A stretch of 63,658 nucleotides of DNA, filler included, from Dicyema japonicum (GCA_011109175.1; 11 parts of 11 records of this genome joined end to end with filler, not necessarily neighbours in it); one strand, 5' to 3'; shown: positions 41,416-53,810, counted from the whole stretch's first letter. The notes: a model not told the origin generated them from the letters alone. Numbers and translations are program-made.

Positions 41416-41697
41416 TTCGTTCTTAAAGGAGGAAGAATGTATCTAAAAGACCCAGAAGGCGATAAATTGGTTATTGTTTCGAACAACGTTGAGGAAATGA
41501 AGTTTGTCGCTACTCAAATTCATGATTTAACACATTGTGGCCAAAACATCCTAGAAGCATATTGTAAAGAACGATATTTTTTGTGAAGAGAGATGTTATT
41601 CGCGATGTTGTTTCCAATTGTGAGACATGTCTTTTAGCCAGAAGTCTTAAGGAACATGATGAAGAAAATCATATATTAGCAACAATCCCTCGCTAAG
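41416..41697 (+). mobile_element. Ginger/GIN-like integrase H2C2 zinc-finger fragment
   Basis: QIHDLTHCGQNILEAYCKERYF/FVKRDVIRDVVSNCETCLLARSLK..ATIPR gives an Hx3H...Cx2C finger, with one frameshift. Confidence 0.65.
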
Positions 41698-43716
41698 TTA
41701 AGGAAATTTGAATTTCCCTACAGTGAAAAATGAAAGTCGTAGATATATTGTCTAACAAGCGAATGACACTTCAATCAAATGAGGGNATCAAATCACGACG
41801 CCTATACAATTTTATATTATGAATTTTATCTTACACATGAAGGTTAGACCTATAGTATTATTATTGAAATAAGTACCGATTAGTATAACGATTTGAATTC
41901 TAATCTGTATTATTGGTTACAGGACATTTTAACTAAAATTAACTTTTTAAGATAAAATGAAATAATTGTTTAAATCCAGTTAAAATTATAAAAAGTTTGA
42001 AAAGACTTATAATTTGTTTTTGCACATGGTTTTATTTTCACGTCGAACTAAGTTGCTCCAGAGAATATTCAGAAAGTCGATTTCTCGATTTGTTGTTTCC
42101 AGAAAGTGCAAGTAGCTTATTTGGATAATTCTATTAACGCTATTTTTTGTTTATTATAAAGTCTATTACTGAGTAATTCGGTTATAATATTATTAGTGTA
42201 ATTGGAGGAACAGTTAGCTAATTTACTGTAGTATGATAACCACCTATCGATGTTTCTTAATTATGTCTAAGTCATATATTGGTATTCTGTTTGGACTGGG
42301 GGAATAAATGNAGCGTATTTGGAGACTTCCATCAACGCTATTTTTCTAGTATGATAAAATCTATAATTTGATTATAATAAGAATATGGTAATCGGAGGAA
42401 CACTTAGCTAATTTACTGTAGTATGATAACCACCTATCGATGTTTCTTAATTATGTCTAAGTCAGATATTGGTATTCTGTCTGGACCGGAGGAATAAATG
42501 GATTTTAACCCATCTTAATGAAATACCTTTCTTTCCGTTAAACCAACATGGATTTTAACCCATCTTAATCCCTACGTTAAACCAACATTTTAACCCATCT
42601 TAATGAAATACCTTTCTTTCCGTTAAACCAACATTTGCTGTGGGATAAAACAGGGAACCCACACATTTGAATTCATTTTGGTCATCTGTACCATCATATA
42701 TCAACTGTTTTTCAAATTTGGTGTAGCGTATGAGTGTTCCTCACCAATTAGAATCCCTAGCTTGTACAGGATGAATGTTTGTCTTTGCCAAGTATTTTCT
42801 GTTTCCTACTTCCTTTTCAATTTCATTTTTCAGAGTTCTGATTCCGTCCATGATCACATCGATTTGGTTTTGGATTCTCTTTGGTTAGTTTTTTAATAAC
42901 CATGCAGTTTTTTGTATCTATCTACTTATTCGATGGAATAGCAAGTTTTTTTTATGAACGTTTCATTACTACATGAATTATTATGTTAAATAAAATACTG
43001 TGATAGACTTTAAGGATTTAACATTGTATTTCACCAGTTTATAGTTAGAAAAATGCTTCTTTTTACTGAAATAAATATTGGGTTTGGTCACTCTTGATTC
43101 GTAAACCACAGACCATTTCACGAAAAAGACGAAACTACCTAAAGGAAGCGAACTATCGGGAGAAGTAATACTGTTATTGGTTCTGTACGGTGTTCTTGTA
43201 AGATTACCAAGTCTTCCATTTTCCTCAGTATGTGCCAATTGCTTTATATCCATGTGGGTGTTTTATATTCAGTTCACCACATATTAATACGTCGAAGATC
43301 CTTCAAGGAATAAGTGAAGTGCTTCCGGCATGAACTCGTAGGCGAAATGTAGCCCATTAAGCTCATGATTACTGCAAAGTTTATCCGATCAGTAATCCCA
43401 ATGCATTTAATTGGAAATAATATGTTGTTGAGTACATTGTAAAAGATACCAAATTTTTGTTTCAGTAAAAATGAGAGATAATGAAGAATAGTATGTCTAG
43501 TTTTTTGTATAACAACAATTTCAACTCAACTAGGAAACGGAAATTTTCAATTAACGTGAGAGTTTATCCATTATGAGAGATGGGATTCGTTGCGACGTCC
43601 ATAGTTAGAATCAAGAGATATTTCACCAAGTGATATAATAGAATATTCTCTGATGATTATTTAAATTAAAAAAATATAAATTTAGTTAATAAATTAGTCA
43701 GAAGCAAAATTCATTT

Positions 43717-44082
43717 TTAGAGTTCGTATACATTCTCATATACCTCGTTTATCTCGCTATTATAATAATTATCTGATCTCCTTTTCCTCCAAAATATATA
43801 TCCACCAAAAGCAATCAAAAGCACAACAATAAGAGTACAGAAAAATATCAGAATAATGACAATACTACTCAACTTTGACTCAAATGACGATATTCCTGTT
43901 GTTTCGGTAGTTTTTGTGTTTTTCATGTCATATTTGAAATATAGAATAAAGTAGTATCTAAAGGTTGAATATTTTTGTGAGGAATATTTTATCACGAGTG
44001 TATAATCCTCTGGTAGTTGAGTTATTGTGAGAGATCCAGTTTGGGGGTCAAAGTCAAAGTATTTATGAGATTCGTCTGAAAT
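43717..44082 (-). CDS. C-terminal part of a type-I single-pass membrane protein (5' end in gap)
   Basis: Ser/Thr stalk, TM helix IVIILIFFCTLIVVLLIAFGGYIFW, stop-transfer RKRRS, Tyr-rich tail YYNSEINEVYENVYEL*. Upstream YFDFDPQTG..LTITQL..Y.L.I is weakly cadherin/Ig-like. Confidence 0.55.
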   Translation of the reverse strand: MSDESHKYFDFDPQTGSLTITQLPEDYTLVIKYSSQKYSTFRYYFILYFKYDMKNTKTTETTGISSFESKLSSIVIILIFFCTLIVVLLIAFGGYIFWRKRRSDNYYNSEINEVYENVYEL

Positions 44083-45390
44083 NNNNNNNNNNNNNNNNNN
44101 NNNNNNNNNNNNNNNNNNNNNNNNNNTTAATTAATTAANNNNNNNNNNNNNNNNNNNNNNNNNNNNNNNNNNNNNNNNNNNNTATGTGTTATTATCCTAT
44201 AGCTCAAAGAGGAATTCAAATATTTCATCATGAAATAGTTTTGTTTTAATTAAAACTTGGTTTTTAAAAAAAATATTGAATTTTGTTTAATTTTTTAGAT
44301 TTAAATAGTAAATTTTGTCCATCAGGTAGCAAAGTGGTTAGTGGTGTCGCTATTAACTATGGACTCAATTCACACATCGTTACCTACATGGTTNTCGTTC
44401 TCTTATAGAGAATGTCTTTCTGGAAGACTCACCCATGGAGTTTAATCTGAACAGGGTTTGCCACCTATGTGTTATTATCCTATAGCTCAAAGAGGAATTC
44501 AAATATTTCATCATGAAATAGTTTTGTTTTAATTAAAACTTGGTTTTTTTAAAATATTGAATTTTGTTTAATTTTTTAGATTTAAATAGTAAATTTTGTC
44601 CATCAGGTAGAAAAGTGGTTAGTGGTGTCGCTATTAACTATGGACTCTATTTACACATCGTTACCTACATGGTTTCAGGATTCTATGCTGCTCTGTATTT
44701 TCTTCAAACTTTAAGAGACGATCATCCAATGTCTGACCGTCATCCAAAAAGTCTATCTCATCTTGACTAGATTGGAAGGATTCTCACAATGGCGGATATG
44801 TTTGGACGTGATTTAGGCTGACACGCCTGTTTATTCCACAATCCAGGAAGCCCTCAACAGAGTCATCAGTTGGCTATTAATGAACGGAAAATTCCAAAGA
44901 CCACTGTAATATCAGACTAACTACTCCAGACGTGCTCCAAAAAAGACCTGTTCTTGACCACATGCTTTATTTCTCGAGCCAAAAAAGCACGCATAGTCTG
45001 TATAACTAAATCCTTGTAGTCGCACATGCTTGTACCTCAGTTCTTACGGATTAGAGATTTCAGAGGCATTGAAGAGAAGACATTTCCAGAAGTCAATCGT
45101 TCCGTAAATTTAAGAACTTTTTTTTTGACTATCTTCAATGAATTTGTAGAGAAAATGAATGGATCCCAAAATGTGTATGCATAAGAAATTCATGGCTCAA
45201 TGTATTGCTTGCAGATAGCTTCTAAAATAGAGTGGTTTCCGATCTTCCCTAACTCATAGAGACATTTTAGCATGATCGTCTTATTAATATTAGATACACC
45301 GAAAAAGAAGTTAGCAGTCAACAACTAATTAAGTTTATTGTCTTTTGTCAAAAGATTTATAAAATTGATTATTTTAGGATAAAGAACTTA

Positions 45391-45500
45391 TACAGTAAAA
45401 CTCTTTCTAACTGCCAGTTTTTTTAACCGACAAATTTTACCGAAAATCCCCAAATCATATGGCAAACTCCTCCTAACTGCCAGTTTTCTTAACCGCCAAA
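45391..45500. mobile_element. Tigger/pogo-type MITE end
   Basis: TA-CAGTAAAACTC terminus followed by internal subrepeats (ctaactgccagtttt twice). Confidence 0.4.
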
Positions 45501-45599
45501 AATAGTTCATTAAAATTTATTTAAAAAAATATCAAGCTAATGTATTTACACCAATTGTAACAAGGGCAAACACACAAAAATCTGACAATTAGACGCCAT

Positions 45600-46060
45600 C
45601 ATATATTTGAGCTTTGCTTGGAAAGTGTTTATAATTACAACGATTTTGTTTCAAGTTCCAATTTATTAGATCTCATGGTAGAGGTTTTTTTGAATATTGA
45701 ATTTAAGGAAGAAGATATCCTTTTAGAAAAATAGAAACGGCTGAATTGACAAATAAAAGCAATTGATTTAATATGTGCACTGGTAGCTTGATAATTCTTC
45801 AACTCTTGTAGATATATGGAAGAGCGAAGAGACGACATTAATGTGGTAACTAAGAAAGAATGTTATTCGGCTCTTTGAGTATTGAAAAAATATTTTAAAC
45901 AGCGGGGTCATATATGATCCCCAGTATTTTGATTGAGTTTGTGGAGGGGATTGATTTCCACTAAGAGTCAAAAAAGGTGCTAAGTTTATCAGTCTTCTAT
46001 TGGAATTAAAAATCACAGAGCTCGCATTTTCAGGACTTGTGTGTAATAGGTTCCTCGTAA
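45600..46060 (-). mobile_element. LINE RT C-terminal remnant
   Basis: FLTLSGNQSPP..KILGIIYDP, homologous to 7990-8450 and 3170-3270. Confidence 0.5.
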
Positions 46061-46210
46061 TCCAANNNNNNNNNNNNNNNNNNNNNNNNNNNNNNNNNNN
46101 NNNNNNNNNTTAATTAATTAANNNNNNNNNNNNNNNNNNNNNNNNNNNNNNNNNNNNNNNNNNNNCAATTTTGTAGGTTGTGCTTGTTGTTGTTGCATCT
46201 GCGCTCTTAA

Positions 46211-48215
46211 TTGTGTCTGACTCTGTTCACTGTCCATTTATGGATCACGTTACATTCGAAGAAATACTACTTTTACCTGCAAATCGAAGGAGCAGACTCA
46301 GGAATCGATCCTGAGCAAGTATTTTGGCGCAAACAGTTGTCTACAGAAGCTGGGCGTAAACATGAAGATTCTAAAGCATCTCAAAAGAGAGTGAACCGAA
46401 AACTGATGGAAGGGGATGTTCGCGCAGCTGTAAGAGTAGTGTCTTGTGACGAATCGTTGTTGAAGCCGTGCCGAGAAGTTTTGGAGTTATTGAAAAGGAA
46501 GCACTTTGCTCCACCACCGAACCAGCGGAACTTGACAATGCCAGAAGACCTCCCGGCATTTACTCCCACGAAATTTGAAGTAGTGCGTGGAATAAAGTCT
46601 TTTGCTCCCAGTAGCTGCGGAGGTCTGGACGGACTGCGCCCAAGCCATGTAAAGGACTTAACCTCCGAAGCTACTACTGAAGCCGGCCGTGACTTGTTAA
46701 CGTCTATCACATTGCTGCTCACTCGAATAGTTAATGGTGATATTCCAAAATTTGTTAGATATCTTCTTTTTTGTTGAGATCTTCTTATTGGCATTCCGAA
46801 AGGGAGATAGAGGTGTCCGCCCAATTGCGATCGGTACATACTTTCGAAGGCTTGCTGCTAAAATCGCTGCCCGGAGAGTCTCCCACAATGTTGCTGAAGA
46901 GCTGTTCCCGAGTCAACTTGGGGTGGGAGTGACCGGTGGTTGCGAGGCAGCAGTCCACGCCGCGAGGAGTTACTTCAACAACAATAATTCCCAGACACAA
47001 AGGCTAGCCCTGAAGCTTGACATATCAAATGCCTTCAACTCGCTGAGAAGAGACTGTATTTTGGAAACCTGTTGGAAGAGAGCTCCAGAGATTGGCCGAC
47101 TTGTACACTTATCGTATGGGACAGGCTCAGTCTTAGTTTACGGAAGCGATGCCTTCAAATCAAATGCCTTCAACTCGCTGAGGAGAGACTGTATTTTGGA
47201 AACCTGTTGGAAAAGAGCTCCAAAGATTGGCCGACTTGTACACTTATCGTATGGGACGGACTCAGCCTTAGTTTACGGAAACGATATCGTTTATTCACGC
47301 ACAGGCGTTCAGCAGGGAGACCCTCTAGGGCCTTTGCTTTTTGCAATGACAATTGACACAGTGGCACGAAACATAAACTGTGAACTCAACCTGTGGTACT
47401 TAGACGACTTCAACCATTCCAGCTCTATACCAATTGGGTTTAAATGTCAACGTTATGAAATCGGAACTGATCAATATTTCCTGCTCATCTCCAAGCTTTT
47501 CTATTGCTTACCAAGAATTCAGGTCCCTACTTCCAGGTATCAATATATCCTCTCGGCTGCCCTCTCGGAAACGACGAGCTGGAAAACTGCCTTACCAGTA
47601 AGGATAATGAAGTTGAAGCCTTTACAAAAAAGAGTATCATCTTTGGATCCACATGTGCTAAGGATCGGGGTGGCACTGCGCTTAGGACTGGACATATGCC
47701 AGAGACACAGATGCCGTTGTGGCGGAGACGTTGATACAAAAGGCTTACATCCACTCTCTAGCCGACGAAGTGCTGATCGAGCCTCGCGTCACGCAGGCCT
47801 AGATGACATCATTTTTCGAGCCCTCAAGGCCGCGGGATTTCCGGCCTAATCGGAATTTTTAGGCTTAGACAAAGGCGACGGGAAGAGGCCGGATGGCATG
47901 ACGTTATTCCCATACTCTCACGGAAAATCACTCGTCTGGAACCCAACATGTGTGGACACTTTCTCAGGGGTCAGATCGCTGACGGCGACGCACTCTCCTG
48001 GAGACGCAGCCGACCAGGCGGAGGCCAAGAAGATCTATAAATACGAATCCCTCGGAGACCAATACCATTTCACCCCCATTGCTGTGGAGACAACTGGAAT
48101 CGTGGAGCGAAGACGGACGCTTTCTCTCCAGCTTTGGAAGCAAACTCGCCTCAAAAAGGTGTGAGCCACGGGAGGGACTCTGGTGGCGATTATCAGAGGT
48201 AACGCCTTCGCCATT
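46211..48215 (+). mobile_element. CRE-like non-LTR retrotransposon (RT + CCHC-type finger + restriction-like endonuclease), internally deleted
   Basis: SCGGLDGLRPSHVKDL, GVRPIAIGTYFRRLAAK, QLGVGVTGGCEAAVHA, KLDISNAFNS, GVQQGDPLGPLLF, WYLDD, CRCGGDVDTKGLH..RHAGLDDII, KRPDGMTLFP..VWNPTCVDT and PIAVETTG. Confidence 0.9.
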
Positions 48216-48260
48216 CTGTATTTTATAACTTTTAAGTTAAAACCTCATTTTTTGGAACAA

Positions 48261-48545
48261 GAGGTCGCTAGTCCGAATCTCGATACTTCACATTTCGGTT
48301 GAAGGCTCCCCGCATCAATATGCTTTGGCTTGACGAGTGACACAGTCATCGGTGAATTTCACTGCTGGACCGGATCGTCTATAATGGACACACACACAAG
48401 AAAACAAAGAAGTGAAGAGCATTTCTTGATCCTCCCTCAATTAGCAATTATAACTGTTCTTTGCTTAAAATAAAGTGTGCGTTCTGCATGAGGGGAGCTA
48501 TAACTGATATGGTTCCTCGGAAAGTGCAAATATTATTATTATATT
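48261..48545 (+). mobile_element. tRNA-derived SINE, 5'-truncated/diverged copy B
   Basis: Colinear similarity to 59286-59615 (gaatctcg, gcatc..atgc, tgacgagtgac..gtcatc, acacacaagaaaa, aagaagtgaaga, ggagctataa) with an (att)n tail. Confidence 0.75.
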
Positions 48546-48549
48546 TTTT

Positions 48550-48604
48550 TGGAACAACCTCGGTTTGTGGAACGCTTGGTGTTCCAATTTGAGGTCTAAC
48601 TGTA
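48550..48604. mobile_element. Tigger/pogo-type MITE end
   Basis: Ends gaggtctaactg-ta, the reverse complement of TA-CAGTTAGACCTC. Confidence 0.35.
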
Positions 48605-49742
48605 TCAGAGTTTTCCATAAGTAATTTTTCTTATTTAAGTCACTCGTGATAAATCGGGAAACAATCCCAAAAGTGAATTAAGAAAAAATCATTACACGAT
48701 ATTCACCGAAAGAATTTTTAGGGTGTATAGCAGAGACACCTACGGGACCACAAAAGCGAATGGTATTTAATGTAGAAATTAGTATGGATTTGGTATGTAC
48801 TGCTTTTTATTTAATTATTGCCACATGTGGGTTAAAAGAGAAAGAATTTCGAAGTGATTCCAGAACCGACAAAGAGGAGGCCGAAACCGGTAAGGATGGG
48901 CATCTTGAACCGCTATAATTATTCACTCAATTATCAATTAAATTAAAATTCTTGGAAATATTCTGTTGCTCAAATAAATCAATTATCTTAAGTAAAGAGG
49001 ACTCCTTTGTGCTTTCTGTTCTGTCGAGAGCACAAGTTACTGATCTTCTTTTAGAAACTCGGACGTATTCAAACAGAAGCATTGATGACAGAGAATTGCG
49101 ATGGCTTATCTAGTTCCGCTAAGGAGACCAAAGAGATAAGCCAGACCGGGATTGGATCAATTTATTAAATTTTAACCATCAAACAAAATATTCCAATTTC
49201 GTCTCCAACAAAAGTCCCCAAACAGTAATTACCGATTATTTTGAATTTGATTTACCTCCACTATAAAAAAATGTCCACATAGCTTCATTAGGGTGCAATC
49301 TTGTCCACCACAGCATTGAAGAACTTTGGGATTATCTGGATGATAGTGAACTAATGAATATTCAAAATCCATAAATTATGATAAACGGAATCACAATATA
49401 AATTCCGAACCCAACGATATTTCTAAATGGTTATTTTGGTGTGGATTTCCTTGTTGGGAAAAATATGTATTGAAATTAAATTAAATTCCCTAGTGTCTTA
49501 TCCACGTGAATTTACCTATAATATTTAGAAAATGTGAATATTGGCATCGAAAACTCTCAAGGTAAAGTATTTAGTGACTTTTAGTACAAATTGGGAGACC
49601 AGAATGGATCAAGGTTTGCGGTATTCTTGTACCTTCTAGATTATCTAAAAGTTGCTAAAATGGCAGGAGACAATTTTTGGCGAAAAAACGAATAGTTCAC
49701 TTTGCTATAAAATTTTAAGGGGTAGGACTGAAGGAATCGACA

Positions 49743-50405
49743 ATGAGAAGGTATATGACAATAATGAAGAATGTGATGATGAATGAGACAAAAATGCATA
49801 TCCTCTGGGATGATGGATGTTCAAAAATGAAGAAAATGACCTCTGTGATGATGAATGGGACAAAAATGAGGAACATATCCTCTGGGATGATGGATGTTCA
49901 AAAATGAAGAAAATGTACACTGATGAATGGGACAAAAATGAGGAACATATCCTATGGGATGATGGATGGTTCAAAAATGAAGAAAATGACCTCTGTGATG
50001 ATGAATGGGACAAAAATGAGGAACATATCCTCTGGGATGATGGATGGTTCAAAAATGAAGAAAATTGACACTAAGATGATGAATGGGACAAAAATGAGGA
50101 ACATATCCTATGGGATGATGGATGGTTCAAAAATGAAGAAAATGACCTCTGTGATGATGAATGGGACAAAAATGAGGAACATATCCTCTGGGATGATGGA
50201 TGGTTCAAAAATGAAGAAAATGTACACTAAGATGATGAATGGGACAAAAATGAGGAACATATCCTCTGGGATGATGGAAAAAATGAAATCCTCAAATGAA
50301 ATTCCTATGGATAAATCAAATGGAAACAGGGATATGCAAGATGGAAGCCGTTCAGTAAAGTTAGTTTTTTATTTATTCACAGCAACCATATCAATTTTAG
50401 AGTGA
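49743..50405 (+). CDS. Met-rich repeat protein C-terminal region, probable GPI-anchored glycoprotein; frameshifts in the first repeats
   Basis: 26-aa unit MMNGTKMRNISSGMMDGSKMKKMTSV has 7 Met and two N-glycosylation sequons (NGT, NIS). Ends DGSRSVKLVFYLFTATISILE*. Upstream 49467-49639 has 23-27-nt GT-AG segments suggesting more exons. Confidence 0.55.
49778..50276. repeat. 78-bp minisatellite, about 6.5 copies, with an alternating 156-bp higher-order pattern
   Basis: Unit gatgaatgggacaaaaatgaggaacatatcctctgggatgatggatggttcaaaaatgaagaaaatgacctctgtgat; variants ending acctctgtgat alternate with (t)gtacactaagat/ttgacactaagat. Confidence 0.95.
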
Positions 50406-50778
50406 CATGAGCTAATTACGACTAATGATTACTAACAAGATTTGGCTTTCTCCCAATAAAGGATTTTAAATAAATTTTTCATTATTTATTTAAACCTTTA
50501 TTTATTTCTCAAATCCTGATCCCTTCAATGAAGGAAAGCGGAGGTTAATTAAAACATAGCAGCCAGAGGAGACGTCATCGGAGATCAATCTGATTGATCT
50601 TTATACATGTAAAGATTGAAGGTGAGTCATTAGGGGCAGGACTTTTAATAGACATGGAAGTATGCAGACTCGATCTCCTGTGAATGTGAGTTTCACTTCT
50701 ATCAATATTCGGCGATAGAAATTAGGGAGCTGTATCAATGGAAACCCAGTCCAAGTTATTTAGAGCCTATAATGATCC

Positions 50779-51025
50779 TCGTGGTTTTAGGTTCGAATCT
50801 CGTTGCTATTTATTCTGCCTGAAGATTCCAGGCACCTACGATGGTCTGGATATGACGATGATGCTGTTATCCGCGAGTACTTAATTGCGTAACTGGATCG
50901 TCTTCAACGAAGTGAAGAACATCCCTTGGTTCTATTTCTACCACTTGTCTTTACTCTAATATCGTGTGTGGAACTATAGGTATTATAACTCCCAATGAAA
51001 AATTGTTTGTTGTTATATTATGTTA
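50779..51025 (+). mobile_element. tRNA-derived SINE, diverged copy C
   Basis: B-box GGTTCGAATCTCG, then colinear similarity to copies A and B (gaag.ttcc, gacga..tcgtc, gaagtgaagaacatcccttggttct), with a (ttg/tta)n tail. Confidence 0.7.
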
Positions 51026-51834
51026 GAGGAGATTTTGAAAAGTGGGTACTGCTACAAGGGGGATTCTACTTTCACTACTCCACAGGATGATTCCTAAAAA
51101 TGGTCATATCTCTCAAGGACTTATTAAACCAACAAAACTTGTAATTGAATTAATTTATTCAAATTACGTATAAATGATTGTACAAAAGTCCACGTCAAAG
51201 AAATTTAATAAACCTTCTACCATTCTGTCACCACCTCTGTGTATCCGTTATTATACAGCAACGGGAAGAAATGGTTGACCAATGCATCTGATTATTGTAA
51301 GGATCGGGACACTTCTCAATAGAATGGGTCACACAAGTATAGACCATAGCTAGATAACCATGTTATCTTGACACGTGCCAGCATAGCATCAATTTGAGTA
51401 GATGTTCTTTCCATGAACCTATACAAGCCCACGATGGAGGAACTGCACGGTACGGAGTAACGGTCACTATGCGACTAACTCGGAATCATAACTATCAGGT
51501 GATCTAGGCCTCCCCCAATCATCTTGATCATCCCATCTTTGTTTCTTAGAAATCATTTATTACTTTAAACAATTGTATACTAAAAATATAATCTCTTGTG
51601 GTGAGGTAGATTTTTTACATTTTTATATTAGTTCGTTAAGTTGTAGGAGGCCAGCAACTATTAAATAGGACGCAACAAATTCCGGTCGCTCCCATAGATC
51701 GTTCAGTCCGGTATTGTAGACAAACGTTGTTCAAATTTATGACATTCAAATAGGTGATTTGTTACATTATTTATTTTTATTTATTTAATAACCCCGAAAA
51801 GGGAACACCAAGAAAGAAGGAGTAATCCAACTAA

Positions 51835-52010
51835 TTAAGTGATCCCGGTACGCCTCAACAGGATCGAGAGGTTTTTCCTGTGTTCCTCCAGAGTACCCAC
51901 GGCTTTCCTGAATAAACGACGATCATCTTTCATTAGGGTTTGAAGAGGAGTGGGGTTTTTCCCCAAATTTCGTGTATTTGAAGCCTTCAGCCTTGAATGG
52001 AAGAAACCCT
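51835..52010 (-). mobile_element. 3' end remnant of the Ingi/Vingi-like LINE family
   Basis: DDRRLFRKAVGTLEEHRKNLSILLRRT aligns with TERRLFRKVVGTMEDHRRRMAQLIART (3650-3733). Confidence 0.75.
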
Positions 52011-53655
52011 TGAATGGAAGAAACATAGACATTTGATTTGTTACATAGACATTTTCACGTGTATTTTTAAATTTTATTTTTATACTTTTATCATTTAATT
52101 TATTTTATTAAAAATTAAAAATCATTTTTGATAAATTTATGATTTGTTAAAAAATTAAAGTCAATTTTTAGAACAAGACTTCATTATGGCTTGCAGGCAT
52201 TGAGCACGAAATGGAAGTTACCAGGCATTGAGCCGCTATTCTAACTCAGAGCTAACATCATAATCTAGTAAAATCCAATAAATCATNNNNNNNNNNNNNN
52301 NNNNNNNNNNNNNNNNNNNNNNNNNNNNNNTTAATTAATTAANNNNNNNNNNNNNNNNNNNNNNNNNNNNNNNNNNNNNNNNNNNNATTTTTATAATATT
52401 TATGTTTCTTTTTTATATAAAATAATAAATTATATTATCATTTTTGAACAATTATTATGTAGTGTTTTATTACACACCACTTACTTAAATAAGATATTTA
52501 AAATTGAGATTTTGATTTTTATGAAACGTCACCTGTCAAAGTCAACTGTCATGCCTCAAGGCCAAAGTGTAACGCTTAAAATTGGTGTAACCTGCATGGA
52601 GCGCCACATTCATTTTAACCAAAATGCAGAAAATGTTTTTTTAATTTTTTTTTGGCTGGAAGGTTTTAGGGACTGCATCATGTAAGTCGAGGACATCGTT
52701 GTTGTTCAGTTTAACCAAAATGCAGAAAATGTTTTTTTAATTTTTTTTGGCTGGAAGGTTTTAGGGACCTCATCATTTTGGAATTGTTCCCCATTATTGG
52801 CTAATTATAAGGGGAAAGGATTTTGACAATTTATCTGTATTTTGCTAATTTGAAGTTGGTGTACACAGACAGACACACACCATACCATTTTATTATTAAG
52901 ATTTTCGATTTCAAGAAACCGATTTTCGATATCCAACAGAGTGAGAGTGAAAAACTTATATAGCTAGTTAGATTTTAAACTCAGAATAAAACAGAAAAAG
53001 TAAATAGATAGTTGATCGCGATTCAACGAAGCGGCAGGGCGATGCATTCGCCGTCTTCCGAAAGTACTTCCTTCAGTTATTTGAAATGATTATGACATCT
53101 TCCGACATCCATGCTTCAAAACCATTTAGGTATATTTATTTAACTGAAAATTATAATTTACAAATACCTAATTGGTGAACCTAAAAAATTGGATAAAATA
53201 TTAACTTTACGGCTTCGGTCACAAAATGATTTCAATAATAGGTTTGACATTGAATTTAATATTCTAAGCATTCCTATTTGTTTTAAGCTCGACACAAAGT
53301 GCAAGTACAGTCAATCAAATGGTAAGCAAAATATGAAATGAATATATTTCAAAAAACATACAATAATTGTGCATCCTGTATAATTGGTTTATTAATTGGA
53401 TTAAGATTCTACGTTTATATAAATTTTTACATTGCTTCATAGAGCCAATACTCTCCAGTCCCATTTGATCCAGTTGAACGGGCAACTCAATATTGCATCC
53501 AGAGAGGTGAATGCCCTGAAAATTAATTAAAACAAATTAATTTTTCCTCGGACTACTTTTTTGGGAATAACTAATCATATTTTTAACCAATAAAAAATTC
53601 AAAAATAATGTTCAATTACAGATTCAGTCTTAAATTCTCTAAATAAATACATTTA

Positions 53656-53810
53656 TACAGTCGGACCTCGTTATGAGCCAGACCTCGGGTATGATCCATA
53701 CTCGCTTTATGATACAAACTCAATTCTTGAGCCACGATTTTTAAAACTGCATTTTTCCTAGGGGATTTGTAAAAATCAATTAAAAATAGACCTCATTATG
53801 AGCCACCTAA
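53656..53810. mobile_element. Tigger/pogo-type MITE end
   Basis: TA-CAGTCGGACCTCGTTATGAGC terminus with internal repeats of gacctc..ttatgagcc. Confidence 0.45.

Noticed and set aside
40380-48260. Spliced-leader RNA or snRNA target genes flanking the CRE-like elements
   Set aside because: No SL- or snRNA-like sequence was recognised at the visible flanks, and the other ends fall in gaps.
1561-49470. Alternative genetic code (TAA/TAG = Gln), suggested by GVP*GS at 2901, TAA stops in BRR2 and a long frame at 49000-49470 broken only by TAA/TAG
   Set aside because: The intact PKN exons contain over a dozen Gln codons, all CAA/CAG, and no in-frame TAR. The stops are better explained by point mutations in dead copies.
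49778-50276. CRISPR-like array
   Set aside because: The units are contiguous with no unique spacers, the host is eukaryotic and no cas genes are present; it is a coding minisatellite.
52861-52905. Helitron/Helentron-type end (acagacagacacac...tttattattaagat)
   Set aside because: The resemblance is low-complexity only; no matching other end or diagnostic hairpin could be tied to it.
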